From Nitrospirota bacterium (GTDB taxonomy: Bacteria > Nitrospirota > Thermodesulfovibrionia > Thermodesulfovibrionales > Dissulfurispiraceae), in contig CAVPZX010000003.1 of assembly GCA_963710375.1 (NCBI GenBank), positions 320,001-384,000 of the forward strand: a stretch of DNA of 64,000 nucleotides, in the 5' to 3' direction. The notes under the pieces were generated by a model, which saw only the letters and a program-made list of their open reading frames with translations, was not told where the DNA came from and searched no databases. The stretch's first letter is position 1; every line of letters begins with the position of its first letter. The position numbers and the translations under genes are program-made. Shown piece by piece: positions 28,056-39,863 of this stretch.

Positions 28056-31000
28056 GTGATAATGTTGGGGCAAATTCTTAATCCGGCGAATTATTCCTTC
28101 AAAGGCATCAGTCTGATATTCCCAGTGATATCGGTCTCTATAGTGCTGCATAATGTTTGGTTAATACGCAAGGGAAGTCTGAAACAGGTGTACGTGACGT
28201 GGTCACTGTTGGGACTCTCGATTTTACTTTGGGTGATGCCCACCTTTTTCTTCATGAATGCGGTGCGTGAGGATGTGGCCCTATGGTGGTCGAAGGCCTC
28301 CTTTCTCGGCATTCCCTTTATCTCTGCTGCCCTGTACCATTTCACCGTGACGCTCTGCAAGAGGTATAGCAAAAACAGAGTGCGCGTATGGATAGGATGG
28401 GCTGGTTCGGCCTTCTTTTCGGTGCTGTTCACCCAAACCAATCTTCTGACTAGCGGTTTGCATCATTATTCGTGGGGATTTTTTAGCGCATTTTCCCGAC
28501 TGACCATCCTCTTTCTCCTGTTTTTCTGGCTCTATATGGGCCTGAGCGTGCGTGAGTTCGCGCGTGCGTGGAAAAAGACCAACCCTTCCACTACGCAGCA
28601 TCGGCGTATCAGTGCCCTTTTATTCGTCCTTGGGTTCGGCTTAGTCGGAAATATGGATTTCCTCACAGGGTTTGGCGTCCCTGTCTATCCCTGCGGCGCT
28701 CTTGTGGTCTACGTGGCCCTACTGATCGCCACATGGACTATCACGAAGTACCAGCTTATAGATATCACTCCCGGGTTTGCGGCCAAGAGCATAATAGACA
28801 CGATGAACGACTCGTTGATCGTCCTCGAAGAAGACGGCATTATCCGTTTGGTAAATAGCGCTGCCATTGTCCTTCTGGGGCATGATGCCAAGGAACTCCT
28901 GGGTCATAATGTTTTCGAGTTTTTTCCGGGGGAGAGGTCCCGGGAGGTATTCGATCCCAAAAGCGCGTCTGGTACGGTGCGGCATGTCGAGCTTCCGTAC
29001 CGCAGGGACGACGGTCAGGAGTTGACGCTCGACATTTCGGTATCATTCATGTGGGAACGGGACCGTTTGATAGCCTGTATCTGCATACTCCGGGACGTCA
29101 CACAGGAGAGGCTGGCGGCGAGGGCACTACAGCGCGCATACGAAGAGACGGAACTCAGGGTTGTGCAGCGGACGACCGAACTGCGTCAGAGCAATGAGCA
29201 GTTAAAGGAAGAGATAGCGGAGCGCAAGCTTGTGGAAGAGGCGCTCAAGAAGGCGAAGACTGCAGCAGAAGCGGCAAATGTGGCTAAGGGCGAATTTCTG
29301 GCAAACATGAGTCATGAAATCCGCACCCCGATGAACGGCATAATGGGGATGACGGGCTTGCTTCTAGACACAGGGCTTTCTGAGGAGCAGAGGAACTATG
29401 CCGAGATGCTGCGCTCAAGCGGCGAGTTGTTGCTGGGCCTGATCAACGACATCCTTGACTTCTCCAAAATAGAGGCAGGCAAACTGGAGATAGAGACAAT
29501 AGAGTTTGATCTGAGAAACACGCTTGAAGAGACTGCTGAGTTTATGGCCTTGAGGGCCTATGAAAAGGGTCTTGAGTTAATATGCCGGATAGACCCCGGC
29601 GTCCACACATTTCTAATAGGCGACCCTGGCCGGCTTCGCCAGGTATTAGTTAACCTGATAGGGAATGCCATCAAGTTCACCTCAGTGGGCGAGGTGGTTA
29701 TCGAAGCAGTGGCGGAATATGAGAGAGACGGTCAAATTGCGGTGCGCTTCAATATAAGGGATACTGGCATTGGTATAGCGGAAGACAAACTGCCTTTATT
29801 GTTTGACAGTTTTCAGCAGGTTGATGCCTCGACATCGAGGAAGTTTGGAGGCAGTGGCCTAGGGTTGGCCATATCTAGGCGTCTGGTTGAGCTAATGAAC
29901 GGCAGGATAGGGGTTGAAAGCATAGAAGGGAAGGGTTCCAACTTCTGGTTTACAGCAGTGTTCGATAAGGGGAGTCAGCCGGACAGGGGAGAAATGTCTC
30001 CATTTGCCGATATCAGCGGGGTGAGGATACTGTCAGTAGACGACAATGCGGTGAACCGCATTGTAATTGCAGAGCAGATGAAGTCGTGGGGGGTGCGCCA
30101 TGCAGAGGCCGGGGGAGCTTTAACGGCAATGGAGATGCTCCATGCTGCTCAAGCTGAAGGGAACCCTTTTCGGGTTGTAGTTACTGATATGCAAATGCCT
30201 GGGATGGATGGCGAAGCCCTTGCCATGGCCATCAAGGCAGACCCGGTTTTGAGGGATACTTTGCTGATTATGCTGACATCCAGTGGAGTGAGGGGAGATT
30301 CAAAGCGGCTTGCGAGCCTTGGATTTTCCGCATATCTAACCAAACCTGTAAGGATGTTCCAACTGCACGACTGCATAGCCGCAGTCCTTGGTGGGAGCAG
30401 TCTGCATGAAAAGGCCCAGGAATCCGCCATTATTACGAAGCATTGGCTTCGTGAGGCATCCAGGCAGAATGCGCGCATTCTACTGGTGGAGGATAACAAA
30501 GTGAATAAACTGGTGGCAGAGGGCATTCTGGGCAAATTGGGGTTTATTGCTGACACCGCTGACAATGGCCAGCAGGCGATCAATATGATGGAAGCCGCTT
30601 CTTACGACATAGTCTTCATGGATGTGCAGATGCCTGTTATGGATGGGTATCAGGCGGCCAAAGCTATCCGGGGTGGCAAGACAAAGGCAGCGAATCCCAA
30701 TGTACCTATTATTGCAATGACAGCCCATGCCATGAAGGGTGACAGGGAGAAATGCCTGCAAAGCGGGATGGACGATTACATCTCAAAGCCGATCTCACCG
30801 GGGAAATTGTCCAAGGTGCTCGAAAAATGGCTGCCGCAGGCGAGGGTCAAGTTGCCGGCGGAAACTGATACGGCCCATGATAAGACAGCAGCGGCAGTAG
30901 AAGCATTGCCGGTCTTTGACTATGCAGGGCTAATGGAGCGCATAATGGATGACAAGGGTCTTGCCGGAACAATCGTTACGGCATTCCTGAAAGAAATACC

Positions 31001-31250
31001 CTGGATGGTTGATGACCTCAGGGAGCAGATAGTGCGGGGCGATGCGGGACTTGCGGGCAGACAAGCCCACAAGATCAAGGGGGCAACGGCCAACACAGGA
31101 TGTATGGCAATGAGCGCCATAGCAGCTGATATGCAGAAGGCCGGAGAACAAGGGGAAATGGAGACACTGATTGCACTTATGCCTGAGCTTGAAAGCCAGC
31201 TTGAGTTACTGAAGGCTAAAATCAAAGACTCGGGGGCCCTTGAGGCATGA
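28056..31250 (+). CDS. Hybrid histidine kinase HK1 (multi-TM sensor, PAS, HisKA, HATPase, REC x2, Hpt)
   Basis: About 7 TM segments; [34 protein letters not shown]; two receiver domains; AHKIKG. Confidence 0.95.
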   Translation: MIMLGQILNPANYSFKGISLIFPVISVSIVLHNVWLIRKGSLKQVYVTWSLLGLSILLWVMPTFFFMNAVREDVALWWSKASFLGIPFISAALYHFTVTLCKRYSKNRVRVWIGWAGSAFFSVLFTQTNLLTSGLHHYSWGFFSAFSRLTILFLLFFWLYMGLSVREFARAWKKTNPSTTQHRRISALLFVLGFGLVGNMDFLTGFGVPVYPCGALVVYVALLIATWTITKYQLIDITPGFAAKSIIDTMNDSLIVLEEDGIIRLVNSAAIVLLGHDAKELLGHNVFEFFPGERSREVFDPKSASGTVRHVELPYRRDDGQELTLDISVSFMWERDRLIACICILRDVTQERLAARALQRAYEETELRVVQRTTELRQSNEQLKEEIAERKLVEEALKKAKTAAEAANVAKGEFLANMSHEIRTPMNGIMGMTGLLLDTGLSEEQRNYAEMLRSSGELLLGLINDILDFSKIEAGKLEIETIEFDLRNTLEETAEFMALRAYEKGLELICRIDPGVHTFLIGDPGRLRQVLVNLIGNAIKFTSVGEVVIEAVAEYERDGQIAVRFNIRDTGIGIAEDKLPLLFDSFQQVDASTSRKFGGSGLGLAISRRLVELMNGRIGVESIEGKGSNFWFTAVFDKGSQPDRGEMSPFADISGVRILSVDDNAVNRIVIAEQMKSWGVRHAEAGGALTAMEMLHAAQAEGNPFRVVVTDMQMPGMDGEALAMAIKADPVLRDTLLIMLTSSGVRGDSKRLASLGFSAYLTKPVRMFQLHDCIAAVLGGSSLHEKAQESAIITKHWLREASRQNARILLVEDNKVNKLVAEGILGKLGFIADTADNGQQAINMMEAASYDIVFMDVQMPVMDGYQAAKAIRGGKTKAANPNVPIIAMTAHAMKGDREKCLQSGMDDYISKPISPGKLSKVLEKWLPQARVKLPAETDTAHDKTAAAVEALPVFDYAGLMERIMDDKGLAGTIVTAFLKEIPWMVDDLREQIVRGDAGLAGRQAHKIKGATANTGCMAMSAIAADMQKAGEQGEMETLIALMPELESQLELLKAKIKDSGALEA

Positions 31251-34200
31251 TAACCGCTGTGCCGATTTTTCAGCTATCCAGCTACTCGTTCAATTTATGG
31301 GCAATCCCCGTTGCCTGTGTCGTTGTCATCATCGTATCGAATTCCGTCATTATGAAGTTATTTTATGAACGTAGTTTTGGGCGGGCCGGCTTGACACTCA
31401 ACCTGATGACATTCTTTATCTTAATATGGCTGGTCTCATTTATCTTTATGTACAGCACAACCAATGCAGACGTTGCTTTTTGGTGGGCAAAAGCAGCCTA
31501 TCTCGGCGTCCCTTTTATTGCGCCCGCTCTTTATTTGTTTGTCATCACCGCATTGAAACTCTACGAAAAGCATAAACGGCTTAATGTCCTATTTTGGGTA
31601 TTATCATTGTTTTTTTCCATTCTCATGGTAGGTACGGACTTGATCGTCAGCAAGGTAAAGCTTTTTTTTTGGGGGTATTACCCTCAGTTCACTTTGTGGA
31701 GCATAATGTACCTGGTCCCTTCCGGGATTATACTAGGAATGAGCTACCACAATCTTCTGCAGGCCTATAAGCAGGAAATATACAACCACGACAGGCATCT
31801 TCGCATCAAGTCGTTCCTCCTTTTCTTTGGTATTGGAATATTGGCGCTGGTTGATTATTGCGCGAACTTTGGTTTTGCCATATATCCTCCCGGCTACCTG
31901 GCGATGTTTGTCAACGTGGTCGTCCTCACCAGGGCTGTGGCAAAATACCAGCTTGTTGATATCACTCCGAAGTTTGCAGCGCAGAGTGTTCTCGATACGA
32001 TGGATGAAGCAATGATAGCAATTGATGCAGAGGGGGTCATCAGGCTGATCAATCGTGCGGCTACGGCGATGTTCGGACGGCCTGAAAATGAACTTCTCGG
32101 AAGGCCATTTACAATGATTTTCGGCGAAGGCGCGCAACCGGTACTTGACGGAAGCGCCTCGTCCGGTCCTATAAGCTGTTACGAATTATCCTATGCGCAT
32201 ACTGAACATGCCCCGCAAATTCTCAGCATGTCTGCATCATCGATGAAAGACGACAGCGGGCGCGTTATGGCCACTGTTTGCACAGTCAGGGACATTACTG
32301 ACAGCAAACGGACGGAAGAGGCGCTCAAGAAGGCAAAGACTGCTGCGGAAGCCGCGAATCTGGCAAAGGGCGAGTTTCTGGCAAACATGAGCCACGAAAT
32401 CCGCACCCCTATGAACGGCATCATTGGGATGACCGGTTTGCTTCTTGACACAGAGCTTTCCGGGGAGCAGAGAAACTATGCCGAGATGCTGCACTCAAGC
32501 AGCGAGCTGTTGCTGGGGCTGATCAACGACATCCTTGACTTCTCCAAAATAGAGGCAGGCAAACTGGAGATAGAGACAATAGAGTTTGATCTGAGAAACA
32601 CGCTTGAAGAAACTGCAGAGTTTATGGCCTTGAGGGCCTATCAAAAGGGTCTGGAGTTGATATGCCGGATAGACCCCGGCGTCCACACATTCCTTATAGG
32701 CGACCCTGGCCGGCTTCGCCAGATATTAGTGAACCTGATAGGGAATGCCATCAAGTTCACCTCAGTGGGCGAGGTAGTTATCGAAGCAGTGACGGAATAT
32801 GAGAGAGACGGTCAGGTTGCAGTGCGTTTCAATATAAGGGATACCGGCATCGGGATACCGGAAGACAAAATACCTTTATTGTTTGACAGTTTCCAGCAGG
32901 TCGATGCCTCTACATCGAGGAAGTTTGGTGGCAGCGGCCTTGGGTTGGCAATATCGAAACGTCTGGTGGAACTAATGAACGGCAGGATAGGAGTTGAAAG
33001 CATAGAAGGGAAGGGCTCCAACTTCTGGTTTACAGCAGTGTTCGATAAGGGGAGCGTGCCCTACAGCAGCAAAGTGCCTCCATTTGCCGATATCAGCGGG
33101 GTAAAGATACTGGCAGTAGACGACAATGCAGTGAACCGCATCGTAATTGCAGAGCAGATGAAGTCGTGGGGAGTGCGCAATGCCGAGGCCGGGGGAGCTT
33201 TAAAGGCGATGGAGATGCTCCATGCTGCTCAAGCTGAAGGGGACCCCTTTCGGGTTGTAGTTACCGATATGGAAATGCCTGGCATGGACGGCGAAGCCCT
33301 TGCCAGGGCCATCAAGGCCGACCCTGTTCTTAAGGATACTTTGATGATTATGCTGACATCCAGTGGAGTGAGGGGAGATTCAAAACGGTTTGCGGGCCTT
33401 GGATTTTCCGCATATCTTACCAAGCCTGTAAGGATGGTCCAACTGCACGACTGCATAGCCGCAGTCCTTGGCGGGAGCAGTCTGCATGAAAAGGAGGAAG
33501 CCGCTATTATCACCGGACACCGGCTTCGTGAGGCATCCAGGCAGAATGCGCGCATTCTACTGGTGGAGGATAACAAAGTGAATAAACTGGTGGCAGAGGG
33601 CATTCTGGGGAAATTGGGGTTTATTGCTGACACTGCTGACAATGGTCAGCAGGCGATCAATATGCTGGAAGCCGCTTCTTACGACATAGTATTCATGGAT
33701 GTGCAGATGCCTGTTATGGATGGGTATCAGGCGACCATGGTTATCAGGAGTGGCAAGACAAAGGCAGCGAATCCCAATGTGCCAATTATTGCAATGACAG
33801 CCCATGCCATGATGGGTGACAGGGAGAAATGCCTGCAAAGCGGTATGGACGATTATATCTCGAAGCCGATCTCGCCGCGCAAATTGTCCAAGGTGCTCGA
33901 AAAGTGGCTGCCACAGGCGAGGGTCAAGTTGCCGTCGGCAACTGATACGACCCATGATAAGACAGCAGGGGCAGCAGAGGCATTGCCGGTCTTTGACTAT
34001 GCAGGGCTAATGGAGCGCATAATGGATGACAAGGGTCTTGCAGGAACAATTGTTACGGCATTCATGAAGGAAATCCCCTGGATGGTTGATGAACTGAGGG
34101 AGCAGATAGAACGGGGTGATGCTGGACTTGCCGGGAGACAAGCCCACAAGATCAAGGGGTCGGCGTCCAATACAGGATTTATGGCAATGAGCGCTATAGC

Positions 34201-34333
34201 AGCTGATATGCAGCAGGCCGGAGAACAAGGGGAAATGGAGACACTGATTGCACTTATGCCTGCACTTGAAAGCCAGCTTGAGCTACTGAAGGCTGAAATA
34301 AATGACTCGGGGGTCTTAGAGTCTGCTAATTAA
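31247..34333 (+). CDS. Hybrid histidine kinase HK2 (same architecture as HK1)
   Basis: Same motifs; ATGA overlap with HK1; core DNA nearly identical to HK1. Confidence 0.95.
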   Translation: MITAVPIFQLSSYSFNLWAIPVACVVVIIVSNSVIMKLFYERSFGRAGLTLNLMTFFILIWLVSFIFMYSTTNADVAFWWAKAAYLGVPFIAPALYLFVITALKLYEKHKRLNVLFWVLSLFFSILMVGTDLIVSKVKLFFWGYYPQFTLWSIMYLVPSGIILGMSYHNLLQAYKQEIYNHDRHLRIKSFLLFFGIGILALVDYCANFGFAIYPPGYLAMFVNVVVLTRAVAKYQLVDITPKFAAQSVLDTMDEAMIAIDAEGVIRLINRAATAMFGRPENELLGRPFTMIFGEGAQPVLDGSASSGPISCYELSYAHTEHAPQILSMSASSMKDDSGRVMATVCTVRDITDSKRTEEALKKAKTAAEAANLAKGEFLANMSHEIRTPMNGIIGMTGLLLDTELSGEQRNYAEMLHSSSELLLGLINDILDFSKIEAGKLEIETIEFDLRNTLEETAEFMALRAYQKGLELICRIDPGVHTFLIGDPGRLRQILVNLIGNAIKFTSVGEVVIEAVTEYERDGQVAVRFNIRDTGIGIPEDKIPLLFDSFQQVDASTSRKFGGSGLGLAISKRLVELMNGRIGVESIEGKGSNFWFTAVFDKGSVPYSSKVPPFADISGVKILAVDDNAVNRIVIAEQMKSWGVRNAEAGGALKAMEMLHAAQAEGDPFRVVVTDMEMPGMDGEALARAIKADPVLKDTLMIMLTSSGVRGDSKRFAGLGFSAYLTKPVRMVQLHDCIAAVLGGSSLHEKEEAAIITGHRLREASRQNARILLVEDNKVNKLVAEGILGKLGFIADTADNGQQAINMLEAASYDIVFMDVQMPVMDGYQATMVIRSGKTKAANPNVPIIAMTAHAMMGDREKCLQSGMDDYISKPISPRKLSKVLEKWLPQARVKLPSATDTTHDKTAGAAEALPVFDYAGLMERIMDDKGLAGTIVTAFMKEIPWMVDELREQIERGDAGLAGRQAHKIKGSASNTGFMAMSAIAADMQQAGEQGEMETLIALMPALESQLELLKAEINDSGVLESAN

Positions 34334-34393
34334 CAACTAGAGAATTCAGAAGCTCATATTTGAGTGCAGTTGAGAACTTACAAAAGCAATCAA

Positions 34394-34810
34394 CTATCCG
34401 TTGACAATAGTATATCGATAATTTATTTTAGCAACACCTTCGAGAGTTGCTTTAACAGAGCAGTATTTATCCATCGATGATTCTATCGCCTTTTTGACCG
34501 CCTCTTCCTGGAGGTCCTTCCCGGTAATAATATATTCAAGCTCAATTCCTGTGAATTTCATGGGATGGGTCTCGGCTTTAGTACCTGTTACCTTTATTTC
34601 GATGCCGTTCAGTTGCTGTCTTTTCTTCTGAAGGATAGACGCAACATCCATGCCTGTACATCCTCCGATAGCTACTAGAAGCAATTCCATCGGTCGCATC
34701 CCCTTATCGGTACCGCCGTATTTGTCATCGGCGTCCATCACAATTTCATGGTTGGTATCCGACTTACCGAGAAATTGAAGACCCTGTACCCACTTAACTT
34801 TAGCCTCCAT
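34394..34810 (-). CDS. OsmC family protein
   Basis: RPMELLL.AIGGCTGMDV and KYCSV. Confidence 0.9.
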   Translation of the reverse strand: MEAKVKWVQGLQFLGKSDTNHEIVMDADDKYGGTDKGMRPMELLLVAIGGCTGMDVASILQKKRQQLNGIEIKVTGTKAETHPMKFTGIELEYIITGKDLQEEAVKKAIESSMDKYCSVKATLEGVAKINYRYTIVNG

Positions 34811-34835
34811 CACATTTGCCTCCCTTTTAGAAAAA

Positions 34836-34927
34836 ATGTTGAATTTTGAATGCTGAATTTTGAATTAAGGAAATTAAATTTTATTTTCCTCCACAATTTA
34901 ACATTCAACATTTAACATTCAACATTT
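34836..34927. repeat. Inverted pair of heptamer tandem repeats (AATTTTG / ACATTCA), overlapping the ymdB 3' end
   Basis: aatgttg aattttg aatgctg aattttg ... caattta acattca acattta acattca acattt. Confidence 0.8.
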
Positions 34928-35705
34928 CATTTATGAGCTGCACTCTTTGAATCGAGGCAGCCCTGCCACTGTTTTCATCTATTTCCAAGACAACAGCACA
35001 AAGCATTCCTCTACCGGCAGCAATATCGTATTTTCTCGGCATATGGTTGAGGAATTTATCAATTATCTGTTTTTTCTCTACCCCGATTACGGATATCTCC
35101 GGCCCTGTCATGCCGACATCAGTAATATATGCTGTACCTTCGGGAAGAATTTTCTCATCTGCTGTTTGTACATGCGTATGCGTACCCACTACAGCACTGA
35201 TTTTACCATCCATGTAGTAGCCGAACGCCGTCTTTTCCGATGTTGCTTCTGCATGCATATCGATAATTATTATATTTGTTATTTCCGAAAGCCGCTCGAC
35301 TTCATGCAAAGATGTTCTGAAGGGACAATCAAGTATATTCATGAACACTCTGCCCGAAACATTGATTACCGCAACCTTTTCCTTGCCGGGGAGTGTTATA
35401 ACTATACTCCCTGTGCCGGGCACGCCGGAAGGATAGTTGATAGGCCTCAGTACTCTGTTCTCTTTGGTGATGTAAGGAAGGGCATCCTTTTTGTCCCATA
35501 TGTGATTACCTGTGGTAATAACATGAACGCCGTAATCAAAAAGTTCCTTGGCAGTTTGTTCTGTGATACCGAAACCGCCTGCCGCATTCTCGCCATTAGC
35601 GATAACAAAGTCCAATTTATAATTTTGTACGAGGCCTGGCAATAGTGCCCTTACAGTCTGTCTGCCTATCTTGCCGACAATATCACCGATGAAAAGAATA
35701 TTCAT
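34905..35705 (-). CDS. ymdB: YmdB-family metallophosphoesterase
   Basis: FIGDIVG, NGENAAGG.G, TTGNH, DMHAEATSEK, GTHTHV, TDVGMTG; downstream of rny. Confidence 0.92.
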   Translation of the reverse strand: MNILFIGDIVGKIGRQTVRALLPGLVQNYKLDFVIANGENAAGGFGITEQTAKELFDYGVHVITTGNHIWDKKDALPYITKENRVLRPINYPSGVPGTGSIVITLPGKEKVAVINVSGRVFMNILDCPFRTSLHEVERLSEITNIIIIDMHAEATSEKTAFGYYMDGKISAVVGTHTHVQTADEKILPEGTAYITDVGMTGPEISVIGVEKKQIIDKFLNHMPRKYDIAAGRGMLCAVVLEIDENSGRAASIQRVQLINEMLNVKC

Positions 35706-35715
35706 AATAAAGTCA

Positions 35716-35782
35716 GGTTAAGGTCAAGGTCAAGGTTAAGGTTAAGAATAACATCTCAACCTCAACCTCAACCTCGACCTTG
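35716..35782. repeat. Inverted pair of hexamer tandem repeats (GGTYAA / CTCAAC)
   Basis: ggttaa ggtcaa ggtcaa ggttaa ggttaa ... ctcaac ctcaac ctcaac ctcgac. Confidence 0.85.
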
Positions 35783-35787
35783 TCTTT

Positions 35788-37353
35788 TTATTTCGCATAA
35801 TCAACATAGCGCGCTTCCCGTATGACGGTCACTTTTATCTGACCAGGATATGTCATCTCTGCTTCGATTTTTCGAGCGAGTTCTTTTGACACAGCCGCAC
35901 ACATTGTGTCATCCATGTCATCAGGTTTTACAATAATTCTGATTTCTCTTCCAGCTTGAATTGCATAACACTTCTCGACGCCGTTAAAGGACAACGCAAG
36001 CTCTTCAAGCTTTTCAAGTCGTTTCAAGTAGTTCTCGATGCTCTCTCTTCTTACTCCAGGCCGGGCCGCAGACAAAGCGTCTCCGGCAGCCACGAGGGCT
36101 GATTCAACACAAGTAAAGTCGATTTCTCCGTGATGCGCCTGTATCGTATTGATTACCTTATCAGTTTCAGCATATTTTTTTGCCAGGGCGGCTCCAATCT
36201 CCTGATGTGAGCCTTCTATCTCGTGGTCGACCGCTTTTCCTATGTCATGCAGCAGGCCACCGCGCTTCGCAAGTTTTATATCAACGCCCAGTTCTCCAGC
36301 CATCATGCCCGCAAGGTAGGCGACTTCTTTTGAGTGCTGGAGAATGTTCTGGCCATACGATGAGCGGTATTTTAAGCGTCCTATAATTTTGATAAGTTCC
36401 GGATGAATTCCGGAGATACCGAGGTCAAAGACCGCTTTTTCGCCCTCTTCCCTGATTGTTACGTCGATCTCCTTCTTGACCTTTTCTACCAACTCCTCGA
36501 TCCTGGCAGGGTGAATCCTGCCGTCGTTGACAAGGCGTTCAAGTGCAATTCTGGCGATCTCACGCCTCACAGGATCATGGGCGGAAAGCGTTACGAGTTC
36601 GGGTGTGTCATCAATTATAATATCGACCCCGGTAGCGGCTTCAAATGTCCTGATATTTCTACCTTCCCTGCCGATTATTCTTCCCTTCATCTCATCATTA
36701 GGAAGGCTTACCGCAGAAACCGTTGCATCGACAATATAATCACTGGCATACCTTTGTACCGCAAAACTTATGATCTCTTTAGCTTTTTTTTCCGCCGATT
36801 CCTTTGCCTCATCTTCGATCTTCTTGGCCAGCTTGGCGGCGTCAAATCTTGATTCTTCTTCCACTCTCCTCAGAAGCTCCTTTTTAGCTTCTTCTGTGGT
36901 CGTGGCTGATACTCTCTCAAGGACCTGTGTCTCTTCCCTGATAAGCTGTGCATAGTGGTTCTCTTTTTCGACCAACGAGCGTTCTCTGCCATTGAATTCC
37001 CTTTCTTTTCTGTTGAGTTCGTGGTCCCTTTTATCTAGTTGGTCAATCTTCTTCTCCTGTTGTTCTTCTTTGAGTCTGAGTCGTTTATCGAGCTGATTCA
37101 GTTCTCTTGTCCTCTCACGAATCTCTTTTTCCGCTTCAATTTTAGCCTGGTATGCCTGGTCTTTTGCAGCAATAGCCGCTTCTTTCTTAATTGACTCCAC
37201 TTCACGTCTTGCAGCTTCAAGAAGCCGCTCGTGCTCTCTTTTTGTTGCATCTCTTTCAGATTTAAGGGTAATCCTGTAAATAGAGACAAAGACGATAGCG
37301 CAGACGATTCCTACTGCAACAGCTATAAGAATATAGATCATGGTATTACTCAT
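35788..37353 (-). CDS. rny: Ribonuclease Y
   Basis: N-terminal TM, coiled coil, [13 protein letters not shown] (KH), LLHDIGK (HD), [14 protein letters not shown]. Confidence 0.97.
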   Translation of the reverse strand: MSNTMIYILIAVAVGIVCAIVFVSIYRITLKSERDATKREHERLLEAARREVESIKKEAAIAAKDQAYQAKIEAEKEIRERTRELNQLDKRLRLKEEQQEKKIDQLDKRDHELNRKEREFNGRERSLVEKENHYAQLIREETQVLERVSATTTEEAKKELLRRVEEESRFDAAKLAKKIEDEAKESAEKKAKEIISFAVQRYASDYIVDATVSAVSLPNDEMKGRIIGREGRNIRTFEAATGVDIIIDDTPELVTLSAHDPVRREIARIALERLVNDGRIHPARIEELVEKVKKEIDVTIREEGEKAVFDLGISGIHPELIKIIGRLKYRSSYGQNILQHSKEVAYLAGMMAGELGVDIKLAKRGGLLHDIGKAVDHEIEGSHQEIGAALAKKYAETDKVINTIQAHHGEIDFTCVESALVAAGDALSAARPGVRRESIENYLKRLEKLEELALSFNGVEKCYAIQAGREIRIIVKPDDMDDTMCAAVSKELARKIEAEMTYPGQIKVTVIREARYVDYAK

Positions 37354-37773
37354 AGGGCAATCCTCCTCTTAAAACTTTTATTGCAATCCGGCTATTGCCT
37401 GAAACGATCAGCAGCAAGATTGCATAAAATTACCAGGGGAGGAATGGATAGAAACGGCGCGGAAAACTTAAAGACTGCGTAGATGCCAGGAGCAGGATAT
37501 GATTTTTACGCAAACAATAGGTAGTGCAGTACCTCGCACTGAACATATCTGTTTATTGCAAATGCTGTAACACTCGTTAAGAGCATCCGGTCTCCTTTAT
37601 CTGTAAAACATCAATCGCAGCTATCCAAGCGTCCCCATTAGTAATTACCACCAGAGGATACATACAAGACCCCGCAAAATTCAAAGACTTTGTGAGGCGC
37701 CCTCCTGAAGAGCAGGAGCGAAGTATTCTATGCCGGTAATTACTAATGCGTTTATTCATCTATATTAATTAAA

Positions 37774-37949
37774 GCCCACCCTGCAGTGTAGGCGAAAATC
37801 AGATCTCTATCATTCTACAGTGGGTGCCTTGAAAGTAGCTTAGGCTCTCTCCCGCGATGGAGATATGCACACCGTTTACCTTACGTCGGCTCCCTTAAAG
37901 ATCCAATTTGCGAGATCAACATTATCCCCTAATCACTAACAGGGCAGGT
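37774..37949 (-). ncRNA. ssrS: Probable 6S RNA
   Basis: About 175 nt; 5' CCTGCCCTGTTAGTG pairs with 3' CACTGCAGGGTGGG; GGGAGCC and GGCACCCAC motifs typical of 6S; upstream of rny. Confidence 0.7.
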
Positions 37950-38062
37950 ATTTATTACCATTGCATTATTAAAACAGAAAATACAGCAGATAAGCAACTA
38001 AAATCTTGCATATGACAGACGATAGGTTATCACCTGCCACCATGGCTTGAATAAGAGCATAT

Positions 38063-38839
38063 GTGCGTGGTATGATTTTTGTGATGCGATATATCTTCCT
38101 GATAGCGTTGTTTTTATGTTCGGCTTCTGAAATACGCGCCGATATCTATAAACATATCTCGGCAGATGGCGTTATTCTTTTCTCCAACACATCTTTGGGA
38201 GCAAGCAGCACGATAGTGATTAAAGAAAGAAGAGTGCCCCTGAAAAGTATTAATGGGCACAATACTGTTCACCCCGGCTTGACTTTCCAAAAAGTTTCAT
38301 ACCTTCAAAAAGCCGGGGACTTTTCGAGTTCCCGAAGCATGGAGTCCATTCATGCAACTGTCGATGAAAAAGCAAGGCTGCATAATATTGATCCCCAATT
38401 GGTGGAGGCAGTGATAAGGGCGGAATCGAACTGGAACCCTTACGCAGTATCGCCGAAAGGGGCTCTAGGTCTCATGCAGCTCATGCCTTCAACTGCCGCG
38501 CTCTTGGGCGTAGCAAATCCTTTTGATCCCGAAGAGAACATTGACGGTGGAGTTCGGTATCTCAAGCACATGCTTGAACGATTCAACGGTGATCTTACAC
38601 TGGCGCTGGCAGCTTACAACGCCGGACCCAAAATGGTCGAGAAGAACGGCATGGTTCCGTCTATTCCTGAGACAGTCGCTTATGTAAAAAGAGTTCTGGA
38701 ATATTACAAGGGCGAAAAGGGAATTCATTTTAATTCAACTGCGGATGCCCTGGAAATACAAAAAGAAATCAGAAAAGAATACAAGAGGGTAAAGAAAGTA
38801 ATTTTAGAAGACGGTACATTGCTTTTTACCAATTCATAA
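38063..38839 (+). CDS. Lytic transglycosylase (SLT domain, short N-terminal DUF4124-like region); start may be about 38084
   Basis: AVIRAESNWNP.AVSPKGALGLMQLMP, ALAAYNAG, ET..YV. Confidence 0.9.
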   Translation: MRGMIFVMRYIFLIALFLCSASEIRADIYKHISADGVILFSNTSLGASSTIVIKERRVPLKSINGHNTVHPGLTFQKVSYLQKAGDFSSSRSMESIHATVDEKARLHNIDPQLVEAVIRAESNWNPYAVSPKGALGLMQLMPSTAALLGVANPFDPEENIDGGVRYLKHMLERFNGDLTLALAAYNAGPKMVEKNGMVPSIPETVAYVKRVLEYYKGEKGIHFNSTADALEIQKEIRKEYKRVKKVILEDGTLLFTNS

Positions 38840-38873
38840 AGTGCCCAATCTTACTGAAGTGACAAAGAACTGA

Positions 38874-39860
38874 ATGTCCGCCGACCCCGAAGCTATAAAA
38901 AAAGAAATACTCGAATTAAAGCAGAGCAGAAAGGCTGTAATACTCGCGCACAATTACCAGAGAGGCGAGGTGCAGGACATCGCCGATTTTGTCGGCGACT
39001 CCCTGGAACTTTCGCGAAACGCGGCGGCTATGGATTGCGAGGTAATTGTTTTTTGCGGCGTAGATTTTATGGCGGAGAGCGCCTCTATACTTTCTCCCGA
39101 AAAAACAGTGCTTCTTACTGAAATAGATGCCTCTTGTCCCATGGCTGAGATGATCCAGGTAGACGCCCCAAGATCGGTGAGGCCGGCATATCCAGGATAC
39201 GAGGTCCAGCCTTCGTTTGTTTTTCCCCATGATTTTACGCTCAGAGACATCAAGTCGCAATATCCCGGCGTCCCTGTTGTCGCATATGTGAATACGACCG
39301 CAGAGATCAAGGCTGAGAGCGACATCTGTTGTACCTCGTCAAATGTTGTAAAAGTGATTGAATCGCTGCCGGATGAAAGAGTCATTTGCGTGCCTGACAG
39401 GAATCTGGCTATGTGGGCTGCTAAAAACACGGGCAAAGAGATAATTTCATGGGACGGATTCTGTCACGTCCATGACAGAGTGACAAAGGACGATGTCCTT
39501 AGAGCACGAAAAGCCCATCCCTGGGCCCTATTAATGGCCCATCCCGAATGCAGGCTCGAGGTATTGGAGCTTGCCGACTACGTAACCAGCACTTCGGGCA
39601 TGCTGCGGTTTGCCCGTTCTTCCGAGGCTAATGAATTTATCATAGGGACAGAAATCGGTATCATGCACCGGATGAAGAGAGAGAACCCGGAAAAGGTGTT
39701 TCATCCGCTCAGAAATGATATGATCTGTCCGAACATGAAAAAAACAACATTAAACAGTGTCTTACGAGCGCTCAAGGACAATACTTACATCATTAAAGTC
39801 CCCGAAACAGTAAGGATCCCCGCGAAAAGATCACTCGACAGAATGCTGGAGCTGTCATAG
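38874..39860 (+). CDS. nadA: Quinolinate synthase
   Basis: ILAHNYQ, GDSL.L, FCGVDFMAE, YVNT, CCTSSN, AHPEC, CPNMK. Confidence 0.96.
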   Translation: MSADPEAIKKEILELKQSRKAVILAHNYQRGEVQDIADFVGDSLELSRNAAAMDCEVIVFCGVDFMAESASILSPEKTVLLTEIDASCPMAEMIQVDAPRSVRPAYPGYEVQPSFVFPHDFTLRDIKSQYPGVPVVAYVNTTAEIKAESDICCTSSNVVKVIESLPDERVICVPDRNLAMWAAKNTGKEIISWDGFCHVHDRVTKDDVLRARKAHPWALLMAHPECRLEVLELADYVTSTSGMLRFARSSEANEFIIGTEIGIMHRMKRENPEKVFHPLRNDMICPNMKKTTLNSVLRALKDNTYIIKVPETVRIPAKRSLDRMLELS

Positions 39861-39863
39861 ACG

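Noticed and set aside
34947..35645. 232-aa Cys/Tyr-rich plus-strand ORF (and similar long shadows at 6242-6811, 22235-22900, 42460-43071)
   Set aside because: Antisense shadows of well-supported genes
37577..37759. 60-aa minus-strand ORF between the 6S-like RNA and rny
   Set aside because: No SD and no recognisable family features
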